Below are positions 28,162 to 40,329 of a stretch of DNA of 64,000 nt, piece after piece. Positions within the stretch are counted from its first letter, which is position 1, and the number at the start of each line of letters is the position of its first letter. A model generated the notes under the pieces. It did not search any database. It worked only from the letters and a program-made list of their open reading frames with translations, and was not told where the DNA came from. A program made the translations under genes and the position numbers. The stretch is from Octopus sinensis (lineage: Eukaryota), in contig NC_043000.1 in NCBI RefSeq assembly GCF_006345805.1, positions 87,234,001-87,298,000 on the forward strand. Reading direction: 5' to 3'.

Positions 28162-29371
28162 GGGTGCATCAGTGTTTTAAGAAAACCTCTTCCAAGAGGT
28201 CTAACTTTCTTCTTTTATCTTTTTACCTTACTTTTCAGATAGATAATGTCAGACATCGGATTGGTTGAGCAAATAAAAAGGCACACTGTAAGCGTTGCCT
28301 TAAAGGCACACCATAGTAATACCTTGCTTCCAAAAAGTTTCCCGATCCTTGGTTGTCAAAGTTCGAAAGGTGCTGGAAGCTGTTGATGGGGATCCAACAT
28401 TAGCAGATAAACACAAAATGCACACACAGGGCTCAAATATCATGAGAATACGTAACGTCAGTGAAATAATCGATGAATCTCCGAAAAGGGAATTTCAAAG
28501 AACTTCAAGATTTCAGAATGCACCATCAGAAGAGTTGTGCACGAGAACATCAGGTACAAGTTGTATGTGATACAGAGGGATCAGTTTATGTTGGATGTGA
28601 CAAGAGAGGATCGTTAAAACACCAGGAGGCTGCAATGCTTTGGTTTTCTCCGATGAGAAATACTTCGGCCAGGACAAAAAGGTAAACCGATGGAACAACA
28701 GATGCTTATGGAGACACCAGAATGAGGTTTCAGCTAAGTTCCCAGTAGCTGTAATGGCTCTGGGAATCGTGAGCAATGAGGAAGATGTTACGCCCCTTCA
28801 CTTTTTTCACAGGGCTTAAGAGTCAATGCTGCTGGCAAAATAGAGTTGTTGGAGAAAGTTGTGAGATCCTAGGTAAACACAATACGCAATAGAGGACCTA
28901 CGTTTTCCGACAAGACCCTGTGCCATCTCATGAGACTAGGATAACGAAAGAGTGAATGTATACCAGTCTTCATGATCATGTTCTCCCTGACACATGTTCT
29001 CCTAGATCACAAGATTTCATCCACTGGACTATTACGTATTGGGCTTAATCGAGAGAGAGAGAGAGGGAGAGGAGAGGGGAGAGCGAGAAAGAGAATGAGA
29101 TAGATAGATAAATAGAGAGGTCAATCAACCTCCCATAACACCATGCAATCTCTCAAGTTCGCTATAATCTGCACTATGTCCAAAATTGATAAATATCATC
29201 TGATTCAGGCAAGTCACACTTCCGAACCGGTATTAAAACAGCCATTGCTGCCAATAAAGGGATGCCTAATATTATTTGTATTAATTTATTTTCAAACAGT
29301 GCCTTTACTTGGTGAGCTATGCGTCTTTTTCTAAATTCATACAAATGATATAAAAAAACTGATACGCCCAT
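28160..29371 (+). mobile_element. Decayed maT-like (DD37D) Tc1/mariner element
   Basis: WFSDEKYF, RQD(P)VPSH, ..PLDYYV and EVNQPPHNT..SLK motifs; imperfect TIRs AGGGTGCATCAG / CTGATACGCCC; TA flanks. Confidence 0.85.
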
Positions 29372-29421
29372 ATATATATATACATATATATACATATATA
29401 TATATACATATATATAATACA

Positions 29422-29456
<35 letters not shown>

Positions 29457-29464
29457 TTTCCACC

Positions 29465-29667
29465 ACATCAATGTTGTACACATCGCTGGTCACAATGCAT
29501 TCGCGTTGTTTTAACCTTCAAATGACGCCACCCCGCTGGCTAAGCGAGCAGGCCAATAGAAGAAAGAGTGAGAGAAACAGTGGTGTGAAAGAGTACAGCA
29601 GGGATCACCACCCCTGCCGGAGCCTCGTGGAGCTTTAAGGTGTTTTCGCTCAATAAACACTCACAAT
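29465..29667 (-). mobile_element. SINE S3 fragment
   Basis: Reverse complement of the 54807 family body. Confidence 0.85.
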
Positions 29668-29678
29668 ATATATATATA

Positions 29679-29726
<48 letters not shown>

Positions 29727-29732
<6 letters not shown>

Positions 29733-30308
29733 ATTTATAAATGAGGGTGGAAAATTTGATATTAATTTAATAATACCATCAATTTAACACCAAGTGGTTT
29801 AGCACATAAAACTAGGGAGATAATACAAATTTATACATAAATTATAAGATAGTTACCACTATGTGGATAAATTTAATTATGCTGCAGTAAATATTTTATG
29901 CCGTATTCGTTTCCAATGAGTCTTAGCATGCTTTTGCGGGGAATTTGAGGCATAACTACAAATGCAATCGATTAAATCGCACGTGTATTTGACGCTCGTG
30001 GGGTCTAATAAATTGTATTTAAGACAAACCTCTGCCGATGATTTATAGATGTCTATGTAAGTAAAATTACATATTACATTAGTAATGAAACAATTGTTCA
30101 GGGTTAATCTATTTTTTCGTTATATTTCACTTTCGTTATATTTCACTTTCCTTCCGTTAATGTTATTTCTTCTTGGAAACATCTTTCTGTGGCTATACTA
30201 GTAACGGAGCTATTTTTAGCACTAGAGCTATCCACATAGTGTTAACTCTCTTATAATTTATGTATATTATATATATATATATATATATATACATACATAT
30301 ATATACAT

Positions 30309-30385
<77 letters not shown>

Positions 30386-30919
30386 TATTTATAATTTATA
30401 AATGAGGGTGGAAAATTTGATATTATTTAATAATACCATCAATTTAACACCAAGTGGTTTAGCACATAAAACTAGGGAGATAATACAAATTTATACATAA
30501 ATTATAAGATAGTTACCACTATGTGGATAAATTTAATTATGCTGCAGTAAATATTTTATGCCGTATTCGTTTCCAATGAGTCTTAGCATGCTTTTGCGGG
30601 GAATTTGAGGCATAACTACAAATGCAATCGATTAAATCGCACGTGTATTTGACGCTCGTGAGGGTCTAATAAATTGTATTTAAGACAAACCTCTGCCGAT
30701 GATTTATAGATGTCTATGTAAGTAAAATTACATATTACATTAGTAATGAAACAATTGTTCAGGGTTAATCTATTTTTTCGTTATATTTCACTTTCGTTAT
30801 ATTTCACTTTCCTTCCGTTAATGTTATTTCTTCTTGGAAACATCTTTCTGTGGCTATACTAGTAACGGAGCTATTTTTAGCACTAGAGCTATCCACATAG
30901 TGTTAACTCTCTTATAATT

Positions 30920-30957
<38 letters not shown>

Positions 30958-30970
30958 CATATATATACAT

Positions 30971-31043
<73 letters not shown>

Positions 31044-31050
31044 ATATATA
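29727..31050. repeat. Near-identical tandem duplication (period ~661 bp) of a PLE-tail-like unit with a 36-bp internal inverted repeat
   Basis: ATGAGGGTGG at 29741 and 30402; inverted repeat at 29834-29869 and 30229-30264. Confidence 0.9.
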
Positions 31051-31140
31051 TATTATATATATATTAGGCAAAATGAAATAACAAAGACAATGCTGTGGGG
31101 AGTTTTCAGGACATTTATAAGGAAAAAGATATAGATGTAG

Positions 31141-31186
31141 TCTTACAGCTGTTTCTGGGATATTATGGATATCCCTTCATCAGAGA
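31141..31186 (-). ncRNA. Minimal type-I hammerhead ribozyme, fully canonical
   Basis: TCT-CTGATGA-A-GGGATAT-CCATA-ATATCCC-A-GAA-ACAGCTGT-A/AGA: palindromic stem III and GUA site; lies in a PLE-like tail at 31065-31510. Confidence 0.9.
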
Positions 31187-31518
31187 TGGTTGAATAGAAG
31201 TAAATATTTGAGTTCGAAATAAGGAATTATTATGGAAAAGAATGAGATAGGGAATATAAAAGGAAATAAGAGAATGAAAGTAGAAATAAAACATAAAATA
31301 TATAAAAGTATTGTAGTTACAGTTCCACTATTCGAGTAAAGTGTGTATAGAAGTGGTAAAAAAGTTTCCTGTACATGGTATGTAAGTTCCAATAGTAGTT
31401 CATGTTTAGTCATTTCAAAGTATGGGGTTTTTTGGTGTGAATGAAAATTTGAGAATGTATTGGTAGTATTTGTAGATAGATGTTGGGGAGATGTGTATGA
31501 TTAGAATGAGGAGATAGG

Positions 31519-31552
<34 letters not shown>

Positions 31553-31949
31553 TTTTCTTCCTTTCGGGGTGGATAAAATATGTACCAATCGAACACTGAG
31601 AACGATTTAATTGATTCAGCCCCTCCTTCAAACCTAATAAAAGTTACGCAATCTCTGAAGAGTTGAGAATGCAATCGCCTTTTAATTTTGTTTAATTTCT
31701 TGTTGAAGAAATACGCATAAGATTTTTCAACTAAGCATCCTATGAAAGCATTCTAAGATAAAGAACGAAATTGTTACACCTGCGTATCAAATGTACAAGC
31801 CAAATTCAACTCATGAATATTTTCCCTTTACTGTTGGGGGAGGGCTACTCAGCAAATTATATTGATTAACTTGACGTGGTATTTGAACAAAAACTTGCAA
31901 GATAATACTACACACTATTAGATAACAGTATAAATTTAATTTCTTTCAG

Positions 31950-32135
31950 TTATTTCGTATTAAGCTTCGTGCTTATCGGATGTGTCGCCGAATACTGGCA
32001 GGCCAGCGTGACGAGAGTGGCATCAAGGGAGTCTATGACACTGTTTCTTATGTTCCTCGAGAGGAGGTTATTAGTGATTTGAGAGAATCTATAAGAGATA
32101 TGGCTGTGAGCGAAGCTGAAGCTATGTTTTCCTAA
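31950..32135 (+). CDS. Last coding exon (61 aa) of an unrecognised host gene, paralog B; exon extends to 32237
   Basis: Acceptor TTTCTTTCAG|, LFRIKLRAYRMCRRILAGQRDESGIKGVYDTVSYVPREEVISDLRESIRDMAVSEAEAMFS*, donor AAG|GTAAGT at 32238; same 288-nt length as paralog A. Confidence 0.8.
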   Translation, partial: LFRIKLRAYRMCRRILAGQRDESGIKGVYDTVSYVPREEVISDLRESIRDMAVSEAEAMFS

Positions 32136-32352
32136 AATTTCTACGAAGAATGTTTTAATAAATTAAAATCTTAACATGTAAGAGAGTTGCTTTTTTTTTA
32201 AACCAAAGAAATGTTTTTACCGTGCTTTTTACAGAAGGTAAGTGATGGAAAAAATGATATGTGGATTAACGAATTTGACGAATATATCATACTATCAATA
32301 AGTTCTTATTATGGTGTATGTGGTTGAGTATTCCACAGAAATCTGTATACAT

Positions 32353-32730
32353 AGGCGCAGGCGTGGTTGTGTGGTAAGAAGCTTGCTTCCCAACCACATG
32401 GTTCCAGGTTCAGTCCCACTGTGAGGCAGCTTGGGCATGTGTCATACACTATAGCGTCGGACCGAAAAAGGCATGTGAGTGGATTTGGTAGACGGAAACT
32501 GAAAGAAGTCTGTCGTTCATACAAATATATAATTGTGTGTGTGTGTATGTGTATGTGTTTGTCCCGCCACCATCGTCTGTTGGTGTGTTTACGTCCCCGT
32601 AACTAATAAACCAATAGAATAAGTACTAGGCGTACAAGGAATAAGATCTGGGATCGATTTCTTCGTATAAAGGCAGTTCTCCAACATGGCCGCAGTCAGG
32701 TGACTGAAGTAAATAAAAGAATAAAAGAAT
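32353..32730 (+). mobile_element. SINE S1 (tRNA-derived head AGGCGCAGG..TGGTAAG, CORE-like CTTGGGCA)
   Basis: Colinear with 52740-53160. Confidence 0.9.
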
Positions 32731-33099
32731 ATCAATATTACCCAGCACTAAAATCAAAGTGACACAATGTGTAACGCTGCTGTAAGTAGATTTCATTTGG
32801 TAGGTATCCGTGTTGTACCTTAAACATTGGGTGGCGGACACTCAACTTAAAATTATTGGTTGTCTTTGGATACTTTCGGTGTAGTTCGCTCTGTTGCACT
32901 TGGACTGAGAATAACCCATTACTAGTGATTTTCTTCATCCATTTTGGTCATCACTATCAAAGGTCATGGAAGATTTTCCGTATGTATTCATAGGAATTTA
33001 ACTATACCTGAGAAACAATACAATTTGAAGGAAATCCCAAACAAAGGGGAAAATAATCAATGACGTATGTCTTTCACTAAAACTTAATCATGATTTTGT

Positions 33100-33493
33100 A
33101 GGCGAAGGCGTGATTCTGGGATAAGAAGTTTGCTTCCAAACAACATAGTTCCAGGTTCAGTCTCACTGCGTATAACCTTGGACAAGTGTCTTCTACTATA
33201 GCCCTGGGTCGACCAAAGTCTTGTGAGTAGATTTAGGATAAGGAAACTGAAAGAAACTTATCGTAAATATCTATGTGTATCTGTGTTTGCCCTTCCCCCA
33301 CTATCACTTCTTGGCAACTGGTGTTGGTTTGTTTATGTTCCCTTAACATCGCGGTTCAGGAAAAATATACTAATAGAGTAAGTACCAGGCATAAAAGTAT
33401 GTACTGGGATCGATTTGTCCGACTAAACCTATGAAGGCGACCCATCCAACACGGCAGCAGTCCAAAGACAGAAACAAGTAAAAGATAGAAGAT
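33100..33493 (+). mobile_element. SINE S1
   Basis: Colinear with 52740-53160; absent from the paralogous segment at about 17340. Confidence 0.88.
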
Positions 33494-33763
33494 ATATTTT
33501 CCAATTTTAGAACGGAAGACATAAAAACATCGAGTTGTGTGAAACATTTTGTTTTCATTAAATTGCAAAACACTCAGAAAGTCTACGGAAATGGACTTTA
33601 TGAAAAGTTCTTAATTCAATTGGTTGCTTTTTGCAAACATCGTGAACTGGATGGAAAATATTCAAAATTGATTAAACTTACCAACAAATACAATATATTA
33701 CACTCTGTAATGCGATCTTTGGCCTTGGGTAGCAACTGTTATTTCCTATTTGCTTACCCTTAG

Positions 33764-33885
33764 AAAGTATGAAAAATGGCTAATATTTCCTTCGAACTTT
33801 GCTTTTCTTACTTTTATTCAAAACTCCAAAGAATCCCTCTCACCACATGGCTGTTATGCTTCCTCACTGCTCCTGCTCATGTTCA
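33764..33885 (+). CDS. Candidate first coding exon
   Basis: Acceptor TATTTCCTATTTGCTTACCCTTAG|, ATG at 33776, MANISFELCFSYFYSKLQRIPLTTWLLCFLTAPAHV, donor CA|GTATGT; no independent support. Confidence 0.3.
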
Positions 33886-34442
33886 GTATGTACAGATTGT
33901 CAGCCACTAAAGGATATATTCAAGTGGTTAATGTCAAGCAACTGACAAGCGATTCTGTAGTATTGAGCAGAATATTTACTATAACGATATTTCTGCTTCA
34001 GCAATTCAGTGCTGAATCTGTCTGAAATGTAATGGAACATAAGTCAGTTTCAAAACATTGATATCCAGGTCACAAAACCAATGCTAGACGGGAATAGTAG
34101 TAATTTCCTTTGATTTCTAGATAGAAGCAAATAGGAAATAACACTTACTAGCCAACTGCAAAAGAAAAAAAAAAATTAAAATTTTGTTACACACTGTTTT
34201 CATACAATGAAATATTGTACCTAGCATGAGCGTAGAATGTTTTGACTATCACTGTTAATTAGACATTGATTAATTGATAAAAACTAACAATTTCCGTCTC
34301 ATCAAATTCACCACTAAACATGAATTGAGCCAAGACCATAGTAGAAAAAAATATGGATGTCTTGTGGAAGCGAATCTAGGTCATGATGGTCACGAACGAA
34401 CAAACATTCGCACATGCCGAATAGAGATTATATATATACATA

Positions 34443-34826
34443 CAGAGTGAGGTGAATAAACTGTCGTTTAAATTACGCAAAAATGAAAAAGACACTGACA
34501 TCTCATTTTAACAAATATATGTACCAAAATTACATAAAATATCTTGAAATACTAAAGAGTAAATTTATTCAATAAAATCGACATTCGCTTCAACCATGGC
34601 CTCCAGACGACATCAGAACCTCCTGCAACTCTTCTGGACAGTCTCCTTCTTTAAATTGGTGAATGCTGCCATACTCCTTGCCTTCAGTTCATCTTTGGTG
34701 TTACAAAGAGTTCTGTTGGTCTTTCGTTCAGCTGCGCCCCACACATAATAATAAAGGGGGTTGCAGTCTGGGGCTAGGTGGCTAGATGTTAGGGGCGATG
34801 TGGTCACAGAAATTGCCTGGCAGCCA
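34443..34826 (-). mobile_element. maT-like (DD37D) transposon 3' fragment
   Basis: PDCNPLYYYVWGAAERKTNRTLCNTKDELKAR; terminal CAGAGTGAGGTGAATAAA after TA. Confidence 0.85.
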
Positions 34827-34841
34827 TATATATATATATAT

Positions 34842-34980
34842 AGTATTAATAATGATAAGGAGAATGGAGATTTTTCACAGCAATAAAAATTTTTACGGGG
34901 CGCGTAAAGATGCTGTAAATAACTGATAAATAAAATTATTGGTGTGAAAAATCTCCGTTCTCCTGATCATTATAAATACT
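34842..34980. repeat. 45-bp inverted repeat with ~50-bp spacer
   Basis: AGTATTAATAATGATAAGGAGAATGGAGATTTTTCACAGCAATAA matches the reverse complement of 34936-34980 with few mismatches. Confidence 0.85.
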
Positions 34981-35194
34981 TTTACTTACTCAACGGAAAA
35001 TATGCAGTCCTGAGCAGGACACTCGGATTTAACCAGCGAGAAAGTTTACCAGAGCCTGGCTGCTTATTGTTAGCTCGGGTACTACATAAGGACCGTTATG
35101 GTTAGCCGGCATCTGAAACCGACTTAAGAGGAAACAAGATAAACACTTGGATAGTATATTCCTTTAAACTCATATTATATATATATATATATAT

Positions 35195-35830
35195 GCAAAG
35201 GGGTACCCAAAAGAAACCGAAATTTTCCAATATTATTTTATTCACTTAGTTTTTCATGTTTACACTTTCATCGCCTTTAAAATATTCTCCAGGCGCGTTT
35301 TCCACTATTCGAAGCAGTCCTGGAGCTCTTGCGAAGTGATGCTTTTTAAACGCCTGCGTCGTTTTTTCCTTCACCTCTTCCACGTCTTCAAATTATGTAG
35401 TACCAGCTTTCGACACTAGTGATGACCTTCGACATAAAGGCCCGGATCAATTTCCAACTATTCTTTCAGTTCGTGACGCGCATTCAGTCATGACTTCTTT
35501 TGATCTTCCGTGAGCAAGCAAGGCACAAAATTTGCTGCAACTCGTTTCATTCGCAATTCCTCGCTCAAAATTCTTTGGGAAGAGCTCCAGATCACACTAG
35601 CCATATCAACAAGTTTGCCAATTGTTCGACGACGGTCCTCAAAGATCAGTTCCCGAATTTTCGTTATGTTTTCATTCGTTCGAGTGGTCGACGGTTGCCC
35701 TGAAGGAGGTTGGTCTTTAAGCGACAAGTGACCATTCCTAAAGCAAGGAAACCACTCGTAAAATTGTTTTGCTCATGGCAGCGTCCTTGTAAGCTATTTG
35801 AATCTCCTTGTGATCGGCTTAAAACATTGT
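35195..35830 (-). mobile_element. Internally deleted mariner
   Basis: SLKDQPPSGQPSTTRTNENITKIRELIFEDRRRTI..RVAANFVPCLLT joined to a C-terminal remnant; TIR-like AGGGTACCCAAAAGAAACC. Confidence 0.8.
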
Positions 35831-35859
35831 TAAGATATTAAGATATTTTCGTAACATGA

Positions 35860-36600
35860 AACCAATGCCAGCTTTAATACATAAGTAAATTTTATCCACC
35901 AATGCAATATTGAGCACTTTTGGATGTTACAAGTTTAGTGCTACGTGATTGTAAAATTTGTCTGATTCCCATTCGTAGTTACGTGGACTTAGCGAGGAAG
36001 TCCTGAGTCTTTCTGAAACACGTATAACCTGCCAATGCGTTTATCATCCATTCAGGGATTAAAAGCCCTCTCTAATACCTCATTATATCCAGTAGCATTA
36101 ATTCTGAGAGAATGAGGAAGGATGCGACAAACATCGTTACTCAACACTCCTAAAATCATCACAATTGCTGGGAGTGCCCAACTCCGGGAATATCACAAGA
36201 TCTGAACATAACCATCTGTTATTTCATTTGTTAGTCTTGGTTGAAAGTTTTCTCATCAGAGAAGAACGAAAGCATGCTGCTTGTGAGTGTTTTTAACCTT
36301 GTTGAGAAGTACTTGCCACAAATCAGACGGTTTTCTGGTGCCTTCGCATACATTAACTGGCCTTTCCTAAATATATACGACTTTTATTGAATCTTCTCGT
36401 GCAACACATTTAAAATAGTCCTCTCTCACATCTGAAGTCCTTTGACGATAGCCCACATTGTATTTCCGGGATCATCATCGATTAATGTTATGAAGTCGTT
36501 GGTGTATTTTTGCAACATTTAGAAAGTTGGTAAAACTTAAACCGCTATGTTCCACGCGTAAGACAACACTGACTACATGTCTTCATTCCTTGTGCTAGCG
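35860..36600 (-). mobile_element. Decayed maT-like transposase
   Basis: FFSDEKTFNQD, VMILGVLSND, LRINATGYNEVL and YVFQKDS motifs with stops. Confidence 0.7.
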
Positions 36601-36814
36601 TGCTATGCCATAAGAGATTTGAAAAGAAGCAAAAGCTTTAAATTGATTTGAATATAGCACTATACAGATAATTTTCTTCAAATACCAATTGCACTCTGTA
36701 GAAATACACACTCGTATGTGAATATATATGAATATATGTATATGTTTGTATTGTATTTGTATTTGTATTTTCCAGTTTCAGCTCTTGAGCTGTGGCCATG
36801 CTGGGGCACCGCCA

Positions 36815-36980
36815 TTGTGGTGAAAGAGTACAGCAGGGATCACCACCCCCTGCCGGAGCCTCGTAGAGCTTTTTTAGGTGTTTTCGCTCAATAAACACAC
36901 ACAACGCCCGGTCTGAGAATCGAAACCGCGATCCTGCGACCGCGAGTCCGCTGCCCTAACCACTGGGCCATTGCGCCTCT
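36815..36980 (-). mobile_element. SINE S3 5' part (tRNA-Arg-like head)
   Basis: Reverse complement GGCGCAATGGCCCAGTGGTTAGGGCAGCGGACTCGCGGTCG..GTTTCGATTC. Confidence 0.88.
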
Positions 36981-37074
36981 ATGTATGTATATATATATAT
37001 ATATATATACTATCTCTCTCTCTCTCTCTCTCTTTCTATATATATACATATATAAATAAATAAAATAAAATAAA

Positions 37075-37320
37075 TACGCCCTTTTAAAGCCTAGCCAGGG
37101 TCATGGGCCCGGTTTCCCGGTTTCAATGGAATACATGTTTGCCAGCTGGACGAGACGCCGGTCCATCGCAGCGTTACTCCGTTTTGCCAGCTGAGTGGAC
37201 TGGAGCAACGTGAAATGAAGTGTTTTGCTCAAGAACACAACACGTCGCCTGGTCCAGGAATCGAAACCAGAATCTTACGATCATGGTACTGACACCCTAA
37301 CCACTAAGTCAAGCACCTCC
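37075..37320 (-). mobile_element. tRNA-derived SINE with CORE-like segment (S4)
   Basis: A-box TAGTGGTTAG, B-box GGTTTCGATTCC, then TGTGTTCTTGAGCAAAACACTT. Confidence 0.75.
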
Positions 37321-37369
37321 ATATATATATACACACATATACAGTCGCAGCTGTAGCTGCATGTGGGCG

Positions 37370-37745
37370 CATATGTCACTGTATGGTAAGAAGCTTGCTT
37401 CCCAACAAACATGGTTCTAGGTTCAGTCCCACTGTGTGTTACCTAGGGAAAGTGCTTTCTATCCTAGCCTCTGGCCCATCAAAGCCTTGTGAGTGGATTT
37501 GGTTGATGTAAACTGAAATATGTGTGTGCGTGTGTGTGTGAATGTATATTTATGTCTATGTCCTCCCAACACCACTTGACGGCCGTTCTACGCGTGTTTA
37601 CGTCCCCGTTACTTAGCATTTCGACAAAAGATAACGTCAGAATAAGTGCCAGGCATAAAAGATATGTACTGGTGTCGATTCACTCGACTAGAAATTCTTG
37701 AAGTGAGGGCACCTGCATGTCTAATGAATGAAACAAGTAAAACAA
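37370..37745 (+). mobile_element. SINE S1
   Basis: Colinear with the other S1 copies. Confidence 0.85.
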
Positions 37746-37839
37746 AAAATATACATATTTTAACGCACATATATACACACAAACATTAATAAACATATTT
37801 TGAATCACTTAACACAAGAAACAATTTTAATCATTTTTC

Positions 37840-38230
37840 ATACGCTACAGCGTGAGACTGAAAATGTTAAGAATCTACTCCTTTGAACGAAAGGGAAGAA
37901 GATACGCAGTGATACGCATCTGGAAAATCCTAGAAAATTCTGGCATTGTAAGTTACACAAACAGGGTGCCACTGCATAGTACCAAGAATTCCAACATTGC
38001 CATCTCGATAGAAGATCAGATACTGCTACAGCTTGGGCTTCAAGATCCCACAGTTCTTCAATATCCTTCCACAAAGCATGAGAGATCTACATGAGGTGGA
38101 TGCAGGCGTCGTCAAAACAAAACTGGATCTCCTCCTGTCAAGAGTTCCGGATGAACCTTACTCGCTGCAAGGAACGTAGATGAGGGCAGCAACACCAAAC
38201 TCCCTCGTTCACCAAATACCATGTATCAGA
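37840..38230 (+). mobile_element. CR1/L2-type LINE ORF2 3' fragment
   Basis: RLKMLRIYSFER..IWKILE..FNILPQSMRDLH..KTKLDLLLSRVPDEP..RAATPNSL, with frameshifts. Confidence 0.75.
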
Positions 38231-38344
38231 GTACGTTTAGTGAAAGTGTAACAAAGCAACGGCGGTGTCCCAGCACGATCGCAGCTCTCGAGCTGAAACT
38301 AGTAACACACACTCACACGCATGTAAGTGTATATATATATATAT

Positions 38345-39015
38345 ATACATAATATAAGAGGGAATATTTTAACCACTATGTGGAAGGAAACCCTTATGCT
38401 AGAAGAAGATCCGCTATGGTCTCAACCACTAATAATTGTTCTCCAGAAAATTTAGCACACCAGAAACGTAAGCGAGCAAGACAAGTGAAAAATAACAAAA
38501 ATATAGATTAATCACAAACAATTGTTTCACTATCAATAAATTACGTAATTTTACTTACACAATTTACCTGTATATCGTCAGTGTGATCCTCTTTGCAAGA
38601 TATAATTTGTAGAACTTCACGCCAGATATCAACACGAGGTCGAAAATGCATGTAGTTCCACTTATTATATTTGCGGTTATTTTCAAAAGTCTTCGTTTAG
38701 GCGCGCCAAATTACCAGAAATAAATACTGCATAAATAATTCACTGCAGTAGTTTTCACAGGTTTGAGAACGTATTAATTTAAAATTAAAATCAAAATGAG
38801 AGTGAATAATTGGATATTAATTTGATAACATCAATTTTAACACCAGTGGTTTAGCATATAAAAAAACTGAGATTCAGTAAATAGTATTTCATACATAAAT
38901 ATAGGAGGGATTTTTAAAACTACTATGTGGAAACCCTTATGCTAGAAGAAGACCCGTTATGGTCTCAACCACTAAGAATTGTTCTCCAGAAAATTTAGCA
39001 CACCAGAAACGTAAG

Positions 39016-39018
<3 letters not shown>
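38345..39018. repeat. ~130-bp direct repeats around a tail of the 29727-type family
   Basis: CCCTTATGCTAGAAGAAGA..CCAGAAACGTAAGCGA at about 38390-38478 and 38935-39018. Confidence 0.8.
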
Positions 39019-39053
<35 letters not shown>

Positions 39054-39919
39054 TATATATATATCGCTTCTTACGATATATATATATATCTTGAGCGTAT
39101 TTACATTTATGATGATGATGATATCGCAGGAAGAGGCAAATCGCTGTCAGGGATCTACGCGAGTATACCGTGTGTGTGTGTGTGTGTGTGCGTGCGTTTG
39201 TGCATCCTGCTCTTCTGTAGGAGATATACAAACTTCAAAATTTCCGATACCATGAGAAAAGGTCAATAGTACAATGACCTTCATGCCACGTGAATTTAGA
39301 AAATATGTCTCAAGCTTAAACTATATAGAAACACAAATTGAATATTGTGTTTGCTCGTTCTCCCTATTCAAAAAATACATACATCTAGCTCTTTATTTGA
39401 TTTAGAACGAAATTTGAATATTGTACGCATAAATAGCGTAATGAGTTTGCTTCTGTCTACATTGCAAAAATTGAGAAACTGCCTACGGATGGATATGAAT
39501 ATGGATATAAAAGAAATATGAAATAGTTAATTAACTGAAATTCAATTAAATATATATAACGTTTAATATTAATCGAATAAAAAATACTAAATATTTTCAC
39601 TTCTGCTGTTTCGCTTCGTTACGCGAGAAAAATTATCATTGCTCTCCCTCTGTCGCCCTTGCAAACCGACGAACATGCACACGCGCGCGTGCGCACACAC
39701 ACATACACACACGTGTTGATGTTTATCCACAAATATGCTCACTATAATTTTGTCAAAAACGTTCAGAATAAACCGTGTTCTACGTAAGAAATTCTACCAG
39801 CATTCGAAGTTTCAAATTGTTTAGTTAAAAAAAAATAGTTAAAAAAATCTGTGATTGAGATGGAATAGATTCGTATGTATGTATGCACGCAAACACAGCT
39901 ACGCACATGCACATATATC

Positions 39920-40141
39920 TATTTCTTTATTACCCACAAGGGGCTAAACATAGAGGGGACAAACAAGGACAGACATAGGTATTAAGTCGATTACATCGAC
40001 CCCAGTGTGTAACTGGTACTTAATTTATCGACCCCGATAGTATGAAAGGCAAAGTCGACCTCGGCGGAATTTGAACTCAGAACGTAGCAGCAGACGAAAC
40101 ATTTCGCCCGGCGTGCTAACGATTCTGCCATCTCGCCGCCT
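39920..40141 (-). mobile_element. SINE S2
   Basis: Colinear with 51411-51702. Confidence 0.9.
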
Positions 40142-40226
40142 ATATATCACACACAGACACATAGGCACACATGAAAATGCGCATGTGTGCATGATAATCA
40201 ATTGAAATATACGTATGTATCTGTGA

Positions 40227-40293
<67 letters not shown>

Positions 40294-40329
40294 CATATAT
40301 AACATATATATATACATATATATATCAAA

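Noticed and set aside
33760-34025. Minus-strand exon suggested by TTTCAG and GTAAGC sites
   Set aside because: All three minus frames contain stops; the plus-strand interpretation fits better.
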